Source: Octopus sinensis (Eukaryota). From it: DNA of 64,000 nt. A model generated the notes under the pieces. It saw only the letters and a program-made list of their open reading frames with translations, did not search any database and was not told where the DNA came from. A program made the position numbers and the translations under genes. Of the stretch, positions 63,847-64,000 are shown one piece after another (positions within the stretch are counted from its first letter, which is position 1; the number at the start of each line of letters is the position of its first letter). The stretch spans positions 41,044,001 through 41,108,000 of the forward strand of contig NC_043001.1 of NCBI RefSeq assembly GCF_006345805.1. Reading direction: 5' to 3'.

Positions 63847-64000
63847 ATGCTCTTGTATTGCAGTAGGGTAAAGTGGCATAATTTAAATTTATTGTTTTTT
63901 AGAACAACAAAAAAACAAAATGATCTTAATAAACCAGTGATCTTTATTGAAATGAATAAGTATAATCAAAACAATGTTTATTACTCATTTATTGATATAT

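Overview
AT-rich, repeat-dense animal genomic DNA. The SINE, RTE and piggyBac-MITE families and the microsatellite style point to a cephalopod (Octopus-like) genome; this is inference, not a database result. Two spliced protein-coding genes were rebuilt by hand, and both run off the window. On the minus strand is UBR7 (UBR-box/PHD E3 ligase): 9 exons from the ATG at 16401 down to 1129, with the last exon(s) left of base 1. On the plus strand is SEL1L (ERAD Sel1-repeat adaptor): 8 coding exons from the ATG at 50082 to 63377, continuing rightwards, and including one GC-AG intron. The 34 kb between the two divergent start codons holds GC/CpG-rich promoter-like islands (about 23.0 kb and 27.4-27.9 kb), a candidate small spliced gene (47-aa ORF or ncRNA host) with a structured intronic segment, hammerhead-ribozyme motifs, and a nested inverted-repeat complex at 38.0-39.5 kb. 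Transposon debris includes RTE, Tx1/L1, R4-like and CR1 LINEs, a Gypsy LTR element, Penelope-like ends, piggyBac, mariner and MULE-like MITEs, Helentron-like elements and many SINEs. Nearly all ORFs in the supplied track are repeat-derived or spurious. All structures and alignments were read by eye; nothing was computed.
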